A stretch of DNA of 64,000 bases from Desulfuromonadales bacterium (lineage in GTDB: Bacteria; Desulfobacterota; Desulfuromonadia; Desulfuromonadales; SZUA-540). Shown one piece after another: positions 1-11,449 of this stretch. The stretch's first letter is position 1. Each line of letters opens with the position of its first letter. The translations under genes and the position numbers were made by a program. Under the pieces are notes generated by a model. It did no database searches, was not told the DNA's origin, and saw nothing but the letters and a program-made list of their open reading frames with translations. The DNA lies in NCBI GenBank assembly GCA_033549025.1, contig JAWSUS010000009.1, forward strand, positions 34,207 through 98,206. Reading direction: 5' to 3'.

Positions 1-354
1 GCCTGCTGTGACTGCGGCAAAAATCACCTGACCCTGGTGAACCTGCTGGGACTCCTGCAGGCGGGAGCGACGATTCCCCGGCCGGATTTTACGGCGCCCT
101 GCCCCTTTCTGGGCCTGTCCGGCTGCCTGCTGCCGGCGAGCTTTCGCCCCTTCAATTGCGTCACTTTCAATTGCGAACAGGTCGAGAACCGCATGACGCC
201 GGCGGAGCGGGAAGAGTTTTACGACATTGAAAGGCGCCTGCGTCAGCTCTATACTGAATTTGACGCGCGCTACGCCGGCGCCGGGCTGAGCGGCCTCTTC
301 ATTCGGCAGGAGCGTTTGGCCGGCCAGGCTTTTCTGGCCCGCAAGTCCGCCTAG
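1..354 (+). CDS. Cys-rich protein, YkgJ-like (putative Zn/Fe-S chelating); 5'-truncated by window edge
   Basis: Frame is open from base 1 (ACCDCGKNH...) and continues into CPFLGLSGC...RPFNCVTFNC, a YkgJ-type Cys pattern; TAG stop at 352-354. Confidence 0.6.
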   Translation, partial: ACCDCGKNHLTLVNLLGLLQAGATIPRPDFTAPCPFLGLSGCLLPASFRPFNCVTFNCEQVENRMTPAEREEFYDIERRLRQLYTEFDARYAGAGLSGLFIRQERLAGQAFLARKSA

Positions 355-405
355 CCGGTTCGGGCGATTATTTTTCAGGCCTTATCGGGCCGAGGAGGGA
401 TACCT

Positions 406-1434
406 ATGGATTTGCATTTCAGTCGCTCCAACGGCGAGGTGGACGAGATGATCGACGACCTGCTCCGCCGGGTCGACGTGCATCACCCGGGGCTGGTTCG
501 CGAGATGATTATCAGCTCTCTGATGGCCGGTCAGGAGACCGATTACCTGGCCGACCTCAAACTCATGCGCACCACCATGAAGGAGATGCGCTATACCAAC
601 AAAGTCTTCGGGCCCTATCGCCAGCGCAAAAAGGTGACCATCTTCGGCTCGGCTCGCACCGAGCCCAGCGAGCCCATCTATCAGAAGTGCGTCGAATTTT
701 CCCGGCGCCTGGCCGAGCTCGGCTACATGGTCATCACCGGCGGCGGGGGCGGCATCATGCAGGCCGGCAATGAAGGCGCCGGAGCGGATAACTCCTTCGC
801 CGTCAACATCCGCCTTCCTTTCGAGCAGGACACCAATCCGGTGATGGAGAACAGCAAAAATGTCATCACCTACAAGTATTTTTTCAACCGCAAGGTGGCT
901 TTCCTCAAGGAAGCGCAGGCGGTGGCCCTCTTCCCCGGCGGTTTCGGCACCCTCGACGAGGCCATGGAGACCCTGACCCTGGTGCAGACGGGCAAGAACC
1001 CTCCCATTCCCCTGGTGCTCATCGATGACGACAATGGGGACTACTGGGAGCACTGGTTTCAGTTCATCAAAAAAATTCTGCTCAAACGCGGCCTGATTTC
1101 CGGCGAAGATTTCAGCCTGTTCACCATCACCCGGGACGTCGAAGAAGCGGTGCAGGTCATTGACGAATTCTACCGGGTCTACCATTCCAGTCGCTTCGTC
1201 AAGGACACCCTGATTATTCGCCTGAACAAAGTCCTCAGCGAAGAGCAGGTCGCCACGCTGCAAAGCGAATTCAGCGAGATCATCGAACCCGGCAGCTCCC
1301 TGCGTCTGACCGAGGCTTTTCCGGAGGAAAAGGACGAGCCGGATCTCCTCGGTCTGCCGCGTTTGGCCTTCGAGTTCAACCGGCGCAGCTTCGGCCTGCT
1401 TAAAGCCTTCATTCGCCGCATCAATTCCTTCTGA
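406..1434 (+). CDS. LOG family (TIGR00730-type) nucleoside monophosphate phosphoribohydrolase, long form
   Basis: VTIFGSAR, ITGGGGGIM, YFFNRK and PGGFGTLDE LOG motifs; GAGG RBS upstream. Confidence 0.85.
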   Translation: MDLHFSRSNGEVDEMIDDLLRRVDVHHPGLVREMIISSLMAGQETDYLADLKLMRTTMKEMRYTNKVFGPYRQRKKVTIFGSARTEPSEPIYQKCVEFSRRLAELGYMVITGGGGGIMQAGNEGAGADNSFAVNIRLPFEQDTNPVMENSKNVITYKYFFNRKVAFLKEAQAVALFPGGFGTLDEAMETLTLVQTGKNPPIPLVLIDDDNGDYWEHWFQFIKKILLKRGLISGEDFSLFTITRDVEEAVQVIDEFYRVYHSSRFVKDTLIIRLNKVLSEEQVATLQSEFSEIIEPGSSLRLTEAFPEEKDEPDLLGLPRLAFEFNRRSFGLLKAFIRRINSF

Positions 1435-1449
1435 TTCTCCCGCACCCCG

Positions 1450-1489
1450 GCCCCAGAGGCGCTTTTGTCGCCTTTGGGGCTCTTCTTTT
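1450..1489 (+). terminator. intrinsic terminator after LOG gene
   Basis: GCCCCAGAGGCG / CGCCTTTGGGGC 12-bp stem (one G-U) followed by TCTTCTTTT. Confidence 0.7.
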
Positions 1490-1515
1490 GCAGAAATCCG
1501 CTCATCCGTTATACT
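1488..1515 (+). promoter_or_regulatory. putative sigma-70 promoter of TRAP operon
   Basis: TTGCAG-16 nt-TATACT, about 115 nt upstream of the ATG at 1631. Confidence 0.45.
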
Positions 1516-1630
1516 GAAAAAGTTTCCCGACGCGCTGCCATTGCCGCCCCACGAGGGAGGAAGGCGAGCTGCGTGAGGCCCTTCTGCTGTTCTGACGCAG
1601 GTTAAAAACCCATCAAGGAGGAAAATCGGT

Positions 1631-2599
1631 ATGAAAAAGCTGTCCGTGTGGATTCTTGCCCTGGCGCTGCTTGTCTTCGCCGGGGGCGATGCCCTGGCCG
1701 TCCAGTATGTCACCATCGGCACCGGTGGAGTCACCGGAGTCTACTACCCTACGGGGGGCGCCATCAGCAAGCTCATCAACAAGAAGCGCCGGGAATACAA
1801 CCTGCGCATGACCGTCGAATCGACCGGCGGTTCGGTTTTCAACGTCAACGCCCTGATGAACGGCGATATCGAGATGGGAGTCGTCCAGTCGGACCTGCAG
1901 TGGCAGGCCTACAACGGCAAAGGGGAGTGGGATGGGGCGCCTCAGAAGAAATTGCGGGCCATGTTCGCCATCCATCCCGAAGCGGTGACCATTCTGGCTG
2001 CCGATGACAAGAACATTCGCTCGGTGGCCGACCTCAAAGGCAAAATCGTCAACATCGGCGCTCCCGGCACCGGCCAGCGCGTTAACGCCATGGACTTTTT
2101 CCAGGCGGCCGGAATCGATGTGGACAAGGATCTCAAGGCTGAAGGGATCAAGCCGTCCGAAGCGGCCAGCATGCTGCAGGATGGCCGCATCGACGCCTTC
2201 TTCTACACGGTCGGGCACCCCAACGGCTCGATCAAGGAGGCCGTTGCCGGCGCCCGCAAAGTCAACTTCGTACCCGTCGAAGAGGCCCTGATTGCCAAGC
2301 TGACCGCCGAGCAGCCCTACTACGCCCCGGCAGTTATTCCTGTGGCCCCCTATCCCGGCGTCGTCAACAAGGAGGACGTGCCCACCTTCGGCGTCAAGGC
2401 CACCATCTGCACCTCCGCCGATGTGCCGGAAGACATCATCTACACCATCACCAAGGAAGTCTTCGAGAATATCGACGAACTGCGCGACCTGCATCCGGCT
2501 TTGGGCGTACTGACCCGTGAAAATATGCTGCAGGGGCTCTCGGCGCCTCTGCATCCGGGGGCCGAAAAGTATTTCAAAGAAGTCGGTCTGATTCAGTAA
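1631..2599 (+). CDS. TAXI-family TRAP transporter solute-binding protein
   Basis: Signal peptide; TIGTGGVTGVYYP, ESTGGSVFN, APLHPGAEKYFKE hallmarks; AAGGAGG RBS. Confidence 0.92.
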   Translation: MKKLSVWILALALLVFAGGDALAVQYVTIGTGGVTGVYYPTGGAISKLINKKRREYNLRMTVESTGGSVFNVNALMNGDIEMGVVQSDLQWQAYNGKGEWDGAPQKKLRAMFAIHPEAVTILAADDKNIRSVADLKGKIVNIGAPGTGQRVNAMDFFQAAGIDVDKDLKAEGIKPSEAASMLQDGRIDAFFYTVGHPNGSIKEAVAGARKVNFVPVEEALIAKLTAEQPYYAPAVIPVAPYPGVVNKEDVPTFGVKATICTSADVPEDIIYTITKEVFENIDELRDLHPALGVLTRENMLQGLSAPLHPGAEKYFKEVGLIQ

Positions 2600-2606
2600 C
2601 CGCGAC

Positions 2607-2637
2607 GGCTGGAGCCTGGCGAGCCCAGGCTCCGGCT
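2607..2637 (+). other. intercistronic RNA hairpin (probable mRNA stabiliser after the binding-protein gene)
   Basis: GGCTGGAGCCTGG-cgagc-CCAGGCTCCGGCT, no U-tract. Confidence 0.5.
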
Positions 2638-2692
2638 GGCTGATGACGGCAGAGAGGGTGAAGGCCCTTTCTATTCATGAGCGAGTGAATCT

Positions 2693-4771
2693 ATGACGGA
2701 AACTCCCCAGGAAGTTCGTGACGAAGGCTTGGCTGCGGCCCAGCGCATGAAGGAAGAGGAAGAACTCGGCCTGCGCCGTCTGCAGGGGTGGACCCGCTAC
2801 CTGGTGCCGACCATCGCGTTGGCCTGGTCCCTTTTTCAGCTTTCCCTGTCGAGTTGGCTGCTGCTCGATTCCACCTATATCCGTGCTATTCACCTGGCTT
2901 TTGCCATGGCCATTGTCTTTCTGTCCTATCCGACTTTTCGGCGCGACATTCACCTGCCCGGATTGCGCTGGCTGGGAGAAAAGCACAAGATTCCCATCGC
3001 CGATTTCATTATCGCCCTGCTGGCTACCCTGGCGGCGCTCTACATCGCCCTGGATTATGAGGGCATCGCCAACCGGGTGGGACGCCCCAGCTCGCGGGAC
3101 ATTGTGGTCGGCATCTTCCTGGTCATCATTCTGCTGGAAGCGGCGCGCCGCGTGATCGGCCCGGCCCTGCCGGTGATCGCCTCGGTCTTTACCGCCTATG
3201 TCTTTTTCGGGCAGTACATGCCCGACTTCCTCGCCTTCAAGGGGGTCAGCGTTTCCCGCTATGTCAGCCAGATTTCCCTCACCACCGAAGGGATTTACGG
3301 TATCCCCCTGAGCGTGTCGGCGCGCATCGTCTTTCTTTTTGTGCTCTTCGGCGCCATGCTGGAAAAAGCGGGAGCCGGCAAGTTTTTCATTGATCTCGCC
3401 ATGAGCCTGCTTGGCCGCTACAAGGGGGGGCCGGCCAAGGCGGCGGTGCTGGCCAGCGGTCTCACGGGCATCGTCTCCGGCTCCAGTATCGCCAACGTTG
3501 TTACCACCGGCACCTTCACCATTCCCCTGATGAAGAAAGTCGGTTACCCGGCCAAAAAGGCGGCGGCCATCGAGGTGGCCGTATCGACCAACGGCCAGCT
3601 GATGCCGCCGATCATGGGAGCAGCCGCTTTCATCATCGCCGAGTACGTCAACATCTCCTATCTCGAAGTCTGCAAGGCCGCCGCGGTACCTGCCTTTGCC
3701 TCCTACGCCGCCCTGTTCTGGCTGACCCATCTGGAGGCCGGCAAGTTGGGCATGCGGGGGTTGAGTAAAGAGGAATTACCAGTCTTCTTCCAGATTCTGC
3801 GACAGGGTCTGCACTACCTCATCCCCATCTTCATGCTCCTCTATGAGCTCATCATCCCGAGGCATTCCCCCGATCTGGCTGCCTTTCGAGCCATCCTGGT
3901 GCTGATGGTTATCATGCTCTTCCAGCGTGCTATCGGCCGTCGCAAGTATGGCATCAGCTTCGGGCAGGGAGTCAAGCTCGGTGTTCTGGAAATTCTGGGG
4001 GGGATGGTCTCCGGCGCCCGCAACATGGTCAGCGTCGCCATCGCCACCGCCGCTGCCGGCATCATTGTCGGCGTGGTGACCATGGGTCTTGGCGGTCTGA
4101 TTACCGACATCATTGACACCCTGAGTATGGGCAATCTCATCCTGATGCTGCTGATCACCGCGGTGGCCAGCCTCATCCTGGGCATGGGCTTGCCGACCAC
4201 GGCCAACTACATCGTCATGGCCTCGTTGACGGCTCCAGCCCTGGTGACCATCGCCGAATGGCAGGGCTTCGAAGTGCCCCTGATCGCCGCCCATCTTTTT
4301 GTCTTCTATTTCGGTATCCTGGCCGACGATACGCCCCCCGTCGGGCTGGCCGCCTATGCCGCCAGCGCCATTGCCAAATCCGATCCCATCCCGACGGGCC
4401 TGCAGGGGTTCATGTACGACATCCGCACGGCGATCCTCCCCTTCATGTTCATCTTCAACACCGATATGCTGCTGATCGGGGTGGACGGCATCGGTCTTTC
4501 CCTCTACATCTTCGGCATGACCTGTGTCGGCATGTTTGCTTTTGCCTCGGCCACTCAGGGCTGGTTTCTGGTCCGGACCCGCTGGTATGAGATCATCCTT
4601 CTGCTCGGCGTGGCACTCATCATGTTCCGGCCCGGTTTCTTTGCCGGCTTTGTCGGCATCAGCAACCATTACCTCAGTTATCTCGTGGGCCTGGCCCTGT
4701 GGGGAGGGATTTTTGCTCTGCAGAAGATGCGCATCAATAATGACCGGCCAGCGGGTAAGGAGGCGTTATGA
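2693..4771 (+). CDS. TRAP transporter fused 4TM/12TM permease (TAXI-associated)
   Basis: Many TM helices; GGPAKAAV, SGSSIANV, GQLMPPIMGAAAF, LGMGLPTTANY, DTPPVGLAAYAA. Confidence 0.92.
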   Translation: MTETPQEVRDEGLAAAQRMKEEEELGLRRLQGWTRYLVPTIALAWSLFQLSLSSWLLLDSTYIRAIHLAFAMAIVFLSYPTFRRDIHLPGLRWLGEKHKIPIADFIIALLATLAALYIALDYEGIANRVGRPSSRDIVVGIFLVIILLEAARRVIGPALPVIASVFTAYVFFGQYMPDFLAFKGVSVSRYVSQISLTTEGIYGIPLSVSARIVFLFVLFGAMLEKAGAGKFFIDLAMSLLGRYKGGPAKAAVLASGLTGIVSGSSIANVVTTGTFTIPLMKKVGYPAKKAAAIEVAVSTNGQLMPPIMGAAAFIIAEYVNISYLEVCKAAAVPAFASYAALFWLTHLEAGKLGMRGLSKEELPVFFQILRQGLHYLIPIFMLLYELIIPRHSPDLAAFRAILVLMVIMLFQRAIGRRKYGISFGQGVKLGVLEILGGMVSGARNMVSVAIATAAAGIIVGVVTMGLGGLITDIIDTLSMGNLILMLLITAVASLILGMGLPTTANYIVMASLTAPALVTIAEWQGFEVPLIAAHLFVFYFGILADDTPPVGLAAYAASAIAKSDPIPTGLQGFMYDIRTAILPFMFIFNTDMLLIGVDGIGLSLYIFGMTCVGMFAFASATQGWFLVRTRWYEIILLLGVALIMFRPGFFAGFVGISNHYLSYLVGLALWGGIFALQKMRINNDRPAGKEAL

Positions 4772-5265
4772 TCCCCCAGTACAGAACCATCCTTTATGCG
4801 ACAGATCTGACCCCCAATGCAACGACGGCGTTTCGCCACGCGGTCGGTATTGCGCGCTGTCACAATGCCCGCATTCACCTGCTGCACGTGATGCCCGAGA
4901 TGGAACCGGCGGTTCTCAACTATGTTTCCACCGTCATGGGCGAGGATAAACTGGCTGATTTCGAACTGGAACACAAGCAGGAGGTCAGCGAGACGATTCG
5001 CCAGCAACTGAAGGCCTTTGCCGAAGAGGAACTGGCCAACCACCCGGAAGACTTGGCGCGGATCGCCGCCATCGAAATTCATCACGGCCATGCCGTGGGA
5101 CTTATCCTTGAATTATCGGACCGCATTGAGGCCGATCTGGTGGTGCTGGGGAGTCATGGCAAGGGGGCGCTCAAGTATACTTTTCTGGGGAGCGTGGCCG
5201 AGAAGGTGCTGCGCAAGTCACGGCGACCCGTGCTGGTGGTACCGCTTCACCACCCGCATGATTAG
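4768..5265 (+). CDS. universal stress protein (UspA family)
   Basis: ILYATDL N-terminus; VLGSHGKG...FLGSVAEKVLR ATP-binding USP motif; 4-bp overlap with permease. Confidence 0.9.
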   Translation: MIPQYRTILYATDLTPNATTAFRHAVGIARCHNARIHLLHVMPEMEPAVLNYVSTVMGEDKLADFELEHKQEVSETIRQQLKAFAEEELANHPEDLARIAAIEIHHGHAVGLILELSDRIEADLVVLGSHGKGALKYTFLGSVAEKVLRKSRRPVLVVPLHHPHD

Positions 5266-5362
5266 AAATGCCGCCGTACCTTGCCAAGAGGGAATTTGGC
5301 GCTAGTATGTAATTCTGCCGGCAAAAAATACAGGTTCCTTAAATGAAAACGAGGGTAGAGCG

Positions 5363-5812
5363 ATGATCCGTTCAGAAGCACTGGTCGATTATGAAAAGTT
5401 TCGCAGCGCCAAAGTGGCCATCTTCGTCGATATCGGCGATACGGGCCGCTCTTACGAAACCATGGCCCGCCATCGCGAGGCCATTGAACGTCTGGCAGGG
5501 ATGTTTGGCGCCCGCATCCTGTTGGTAGAGCAGAAGAAGCTCCTGTGCGATGCCATTGTGGAGAGTGACTATGCCGATGCCTGGGTTCTGCTGGTGTCCG
5601 ATGGTCCCAACCGCTCCATGACCACCAAAAAGAATCCCCAGCGGATCAATGTCGATGCCAAAGCGCCCTGGGAAGGATGCGCCTTCAAGGAGCTGGTCCG
5701 CCAGGTCAAGGAGTCGACCCGCATTCTTGAAGACATGACGGACTACTACAGCCGTTTTACCGCCGCCTCTTCCCGCCTGGGCCTAACCTCCGTGCAGACC
5801 AGCCCGAACTAG
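5363..5812 (+). CDS. hypothetical protein
   Basis: 149-aa ORF with genome-typical codon use, GAGG RBS and a candidate TTGCCA-16-TAGTAT promoter at 5281-5308; no motif recognised. Confidence 0.7.
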   Translation: MIRSEALVDYEKFRSAKVAIFVDIGDTGRSYETMARHREAIERLAGMFGARILLVEQKKLLCDAIVESDYADAWVLLVSDGPNRSMTTKKNPQRINVDAKAPWEGCAFKELVRQVKESTRILEDMTDYYSRFTAASSRLGLTSVQTSPN

Positions 5813-5840
5813 CTTTGCCAACCTCCGAGCTTCCCGCCCA

Positions 5841-7265
<1,425 letters not shown>

Positions 7266-7313
7266 AGATCATTTCCTTGGGTTGCTATCGGGTTGCAGGG
7301 GGCTAAAGACGAC

Positions 7314-8537
7314 TCAGAGCTCGAAGAGCAGCTCTTCCGGCGCTTCGAGAACCTCTTTGATCTTGCGCAGGAACTGGACCGCCTGCCGTCCGTCGATGAT
7401 GCGGTGATCGTAGCTTAAGGCCAGGTACATGATGGGCCGGATGACGATCTCGCCATCGCGCACCACCGCCCGCTCCTCGATGGCGTGCATGCCGAGCACA
7501 CCGCTTTGCGGGGGGTTGAGTATGGGGGTGCTGAGCATGGAACCGTAGATACCGCCGTTGCTGATGGTGAAGGTGCCCCCTTCCAATTCGTCGAGGGTGA
7601 TGCGGTTGTTCTGGATGCGGTCGACCAGCTCTTGAATGCCCTCCTCGATGCCGGCGAAGCTGAGCTGATCGGCGTCGCGCAGGACCGGTACGATGAGGCC
7701 CCGCTCGGAGCCGACGGCGATGCCGATATCGTAGAAGTTCTGATGGACGATATCCTCACCGTCGATGCGGGCGTTGACGTCGGGGAAGGCCTTGAGCGCC
7801 TCGACGCAGGCTTTGACGAAAAAGGACATCAGCCCCAAAGAGACGCCGTGTTTTTCACGGAAGGCTTCCTTGTGCTGCTGGCGCAGAGCGGCAATGCGGC
7901 TCATGTCCGCTTCGTTGAAGGTGGTCAGCATGGCCGTCTGCTGCCGCACAGCGACGAGCCGTTCGGCGATCTTCTTGCGGATCGGGCTCATGCGCTGGCG
8001 GGTGGTGCGTCCGCTCTCGTCGGGTTCGGTGGCGGGTTTCTTACGGGGAGCAGCGGCCGTTTCTTTTGCCGGAGGCGCGGGTGTCTGCTCCTTTTCTCCC
8101 TCGTCGCTGGCGCGCAGGACGTCGTCGACGGTGATGCGGCCATCCCGGCCACTGCCGGAGACGCTGTCGAGGTCGATCCCTTTCTCTCGCGCCATCTTGG
8201 CGGCGGCCGGATTGACGACTGGTGCTTTGCCTTCAGTCTTCGTGGGTTTTTCGTCCTCTTCTTCGTCGTCCTCGGACGATTCCTGGTCGGCATCTGCTGG
8301 TGACGACGCCTTTTCGTCGATGCTGCCCAGGGTGCCGCCGACCTTCACCGTCTCCCCTTCCTGGGCGCTGATGGCCAGGGAACCTTCCGCTTCCGCCTGT
8401 ATTTCCAGATTGATCTTGTCGGTCTCCAGTTCGAGCAGAACTTCGTCTTTGCGGACGAAGTCCCCGTCTTTTTTGTGCCATTTGCCAACGACCGCTTCAA
8501 AAACGGATTCGCCGATTTCAGGAACTGTAATCTTCAT
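7314..8537 (-). CDS. sucB: 2-oxoglutarate dehydrogenase E2, dihydrolipoyllysine succinyltransferase
   Basis: Lipoyl domain ETDK, E3-binding GSGRDGRIT, TAMLTTFNE, YDHRIIDG. Confidence 0.95.
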   Translation of the reverse strand: MKITVPEIGESVFEAVVGKWHKKDGDFVRKDEVLLELETDKINLEIQAEAEGSLAISAQEGETVKVGGTLGSIDEKASSPADADQESSEDDEEEDEKPTKTEGKAPVVNPAAAKMAREKGIDLDSVSGSGRDGRITVDDVLRASDEGEKEQTPAPPAKETAAAPRKKPATEPDESGRTTRQRMSPIRKKIAERLVAVRQQTAMLTTFNEADMSRIAALRQQHKEAFREKHGVSLGLMSFFVKACVEALKAFPDVNARIDGEDIVHQNFYDIGIAVGSERGLIVPVLRDADQLSFAGIEEGIQELVDRIQNNRITLDELEGGTFTISNGGIYGSMLSTPILNPPQSGVLGMHAIEERAVVRDGEIVIRPIMYLALSYDHRIIDGRQAVQFLRKIKEVLEAPEELLFEL

Positions 8538-8599
8538 GGGGATCTCCGGGAAAAAAACGGGGTTAAAATCTCAACAGCCTGACCTGAGGTGCGTGCCGC

Positions 8600-11293
8600 T
8601 CAGGAGGAGAAGGCCGCTTCAAGAATCTCCTCCTGTTCTTTTTTGTGCAGGCGATGGGAACCCACGGCGGGGGCCGCAGCCGGTTCGCGGCCGATATAGT
8701 CTGGCTCCAGGCCGGTAGCCTTCGCCAGGCGCGGCCGCACGAACTCCCAGGCGCCGGCGTTGCGGGGCTCCTCCTGAACCCAAACCACCCGCTCCAGCTG
8801 GACGAAGGGGGCTAAAAGCTCCTGCAGGCGCTCGCCGTGCCAGGGGTAGAACTGCTCGACGCGCACCAGGGCGATGGTTTTGTGACCCTCGTCCTTCGCC
8901 TTTTCCTGCAGTTCGTAGAAAATTTTGCCGCTGCAGAAAAGAAGCGTCTTGACGGTCTCGGGTTTTTCGGCCGTCAAAAGGAAATCCTCGAAGCGCCCTT
9001 CGGTGAATGCCTCCAGCCTGGAGCGGCAGGCGGGATGCCTCAGCAGGCTCTTGGGGGTGAAGACAATCAAGGGGCGCCGGAAGGGTTGCCGCACCTGCCG
9101 GCGCAGCAGATGAAAAAACTGGGCCGGCGTGGTGGGGTTGGCTGCCTGCAGGTTGTTGTCGGCGCACAGCTGCAGAAAACGCTCGATGCGGGCGCTGGAA
9201 TGTTCGGCACCCTGCCCCTCGAACCCGTGGGGGAGGAAGAGGGTCAGGCCGCTGTGCCGGTCCCACTTGGAGGAGCCGCTGGCGATGAATTGGTCGATGA
9301 TGACTTGGGCGCCGTTGGCGAAGTCGCCGAACTGGGCCTCCCAGATGGTCAGGGCGTGAGGCGTTTCGAGGGAATAGCCGTAGTCGAAGCCGAGCACTGC
9401 CGCTTCGGAGAGCATGCTGTTGTAGATGCGGCAAGCCGCCTTGTCCTTGGCCAGGGTCGCGAGGGGCATGAAGGTCTCGCCGTTTTTGGCGTCGACCAGC
9501 ACGGCGTGGCGGTGGTTGAAGGTCCCCCGGCGTACGTCCTGGCCGGAGAGGCGCACGCTATTGCCTTCGTGGAGCAGAGTGGCCAGGGCCAGATGCTCGG
9601 CGTTGCCCCAGTCGATCTCCTCCCCGGTTTCGATGGCTTCCAGCCGCTTCTGCAGCAGGGTGGCGATTTTGGGGTGCGGCGAAAAATCGTCGGGGACCAG
9701 GGCCAGTTGGCGGGCGATATCCTGCAGGGTGTCAGCGGAAACCGCTGTGGAGACCGGCGCCGGCGTGGTGTCGCGGGCGATATCTTTCCACTTCCCCCGA
9801 AAACCGGCATCGGCCGGCTTCCCCTGTTTTTCCAGGGACTCCTCCAGATGCTGCGAGAAACTGTCGGCCATCGCCTCCATCTCCTCAGGGGGGACGCCCT
9901 CTTCCTGCAAGCGCGCGCTATAGATTTCGTAGGCGGGCGGGCGCTCTTTGATCTTTTCATACATCAGGGGTTGCGTGAAATAGGGCTCATCCCCTTCGTT
10001 GTGCCCGTGCCGGCGATAGCAGATGACTTCGAGGATGACGTCGCGGCCGTAGCGCTGGCGGTAGTCGAGGGCCAGGTCGGCCACATAGGCCGCCGCCTCG
10101 GGATCCTCCCCGTGGATGTGGAAGATGGGAACCATGAGCATCTTGGCCATGTCCGTGGCATAGTGGGTGGAGCGGGCGTCAGCCGGGGCGGTAGTAAAGC
10201 CGATCTGGTTGTTGAGGACGATGTGCACCGTACCGCCGGTACTGTAACCTTCCAGCTGAGAAAGATTGAGGGTTTCGGCAACCATCCCCTGGCCGGCGAA
10301 GGCGGCGTCGCCATGGATGAGCACCGGTAGGACGCGCTTGGCCCCGTCCTCACCGAGGGCTTCCTGTCGCGCCCGGGCCTTGCCTTCGACGACGGGGTTC
10401 ACTACTTCCAGGTGGCTGGGGTTTGAGGCCATGGTCAGGTGCAGGCTTTCCTGGTCGGGGAAATCGTGGTCGATGGAGAAGCCCTTGTGGTATTTGACAT
10501 CGCCCTCGCCGACGAATTCGTACTCCAGGTTGTCTTTAAACTCGGCGAAGATGTTTTCCAGAGGTTTATGGAAGTTGTTGGCCAACACGTTGAGACGTCC
10601 CCGGTGCGCCATGCCCAGAACCAGGGTTTTCAGAGAGAGTGCAGCGGCCCGGTGAATAAAGCGGTCGAGCAGCGGGATGATGATTTCGCCCCCTTCCAGG
10701 CTGAAGCGCTTCTGCCCGAGAAACTTGCGGTGCAGAAAATTCTCGAACAGGGTCGCCTGCTGCAGCTTCTGCAGGATGGCCTTCTTCTCCGCCACCGAGA
10801 AGGAGGGACGGTTGCGGCAGTTCTCCATGCGATCGATGAGCCATTGGCGCTCGGCCGGATCCTGAATATGCATGAATTCCACCCCGATGGACCGGCAGTA
10901 GGTCTCCTGCATGGTCGTCAGGATTTCTTTCAGGGTGGCGCTTTCCTTCAGAAACCGCTTGGTATGAAACTCCCGCGGCAGATCGGCCTCTTCCAGACCG
11001 AAGGCCTCAAGGTCGAGCAACGGGTGGGAGAGGGGGCAGGGATTAAGCGGATCGGTGCAGGCCAGCAGGTGACCAAGGGAACGGTAGCGGTACAGGAGCG
11101 ACTGAACGGCGGACTGCTTGAGTTCCAGGGCATGGCACGCGCCGGCCGGCGTCGTCTTGGTCGATTCGGTGCGCCCCAGGGCAAAGCCTTCGAAGAAGAT
11201 CTGCCATTGGCGGGGTACCTGCTGTGGATCCTCCTTCCAGAGGACATACTGGGCTTCAAAATAGTCGGGGCTGGCGTTGTCGAGAAAGGTCAT
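8600..11293 (-). CDS. sucA: 2-oxoglutarate dehydrogenase E1
   Basis: KRFSLEG, GMAHRGRLN, GDVKYH, HGDAAFAGQG, WEAQFGDFAN; start moved to MTFLDN (ATG at 11293). Confidence 0.95.
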   Translation of the reverse strand: MTFLDNASPDYFEAQYVLWKEDPQQVPRQWQIFFEGFALGRTESTKTTPAGACHALELKQSAVQSLLYRYRSLGHLLACTDPLNPCPLSHPLLDLEAFGLEEADLPREFHTKRFLKESATLKEILTTMQETYCRSIGVEFMHIQDPAERQWLIDRMENCRNRPSFSVAEKKAILQKLQQATLFENFLHRKFLGQKRFSLEGGEIIIPLLDRFIHRAAALSLKTLVLGMAHRGRLNVLANNFHKPLENIFAEFKDNLEYEFVGEGDVKYHKGFSIDHDFPDQESLHLTMASNPSHLEVVNPVVEGKARARQEALGEDGAKRVLPVLIHGDAAFAGQGMVAETLNLSQLEGYSTGGTVHIVLNNQIGFTTAPADARSTHYATDMAKMLMVPIFHIHGEDPEAAAYVADLALDYRQRYGRDVILEVICYRRHGHNEGDEPYFTQPLMYEKIKERPPAYEIYSARLQEEGVPPEEMEAMADSFSQHLEESLEKQGKPADAGFRGKWKDIARDTTPAPVSTAVSADTLQDIARQLALVPDDFSPHPKIATLLQKRLEAIETGEEIDWGNAEHLALATLLHEGNSVRLSGQDVRRGTFNHRHAVLVDAKNGETFMPLATLAKDKAACRIYNSMLSEAAVLGFDYGYSLETPHALTIWEAQFGDFANGAQVIIDQFIASGSSKWDRHSGLTLFLPHGFEGQGAEHSSARIERFLQLCADNNLQAANPTTPAQFFHLLRRQVRQPFRRPLIVFTPKSLLRHPACRSRLEAFTEGRFEDFLLTAEKPETVKTLLFCSGKIFYELQEKAKDEGHKTIALVRVEQFYPWHGERLQELLAPFVQLERVVWVQEEPRNAGAWEFVRPRLAKATGLEPDYIGREPAAAPAVGSHRLHKKEQEEILEAAFSS

Positions 11294-11449
11294 AGGGTAT
11301 CCGCGGAGTGAAAAAGACGTTGCTGTCGCGAGGTGAGGACAAGCCTCGGCCGGCATGGCCAACCCGATAAGTATAACAGGGGGGCAGAGGCATGCAACGG
11401 CCACGAAGCCTGGGCTGGAACGCCGCTCGGCAGGGCGGAGAAAAGGCCT

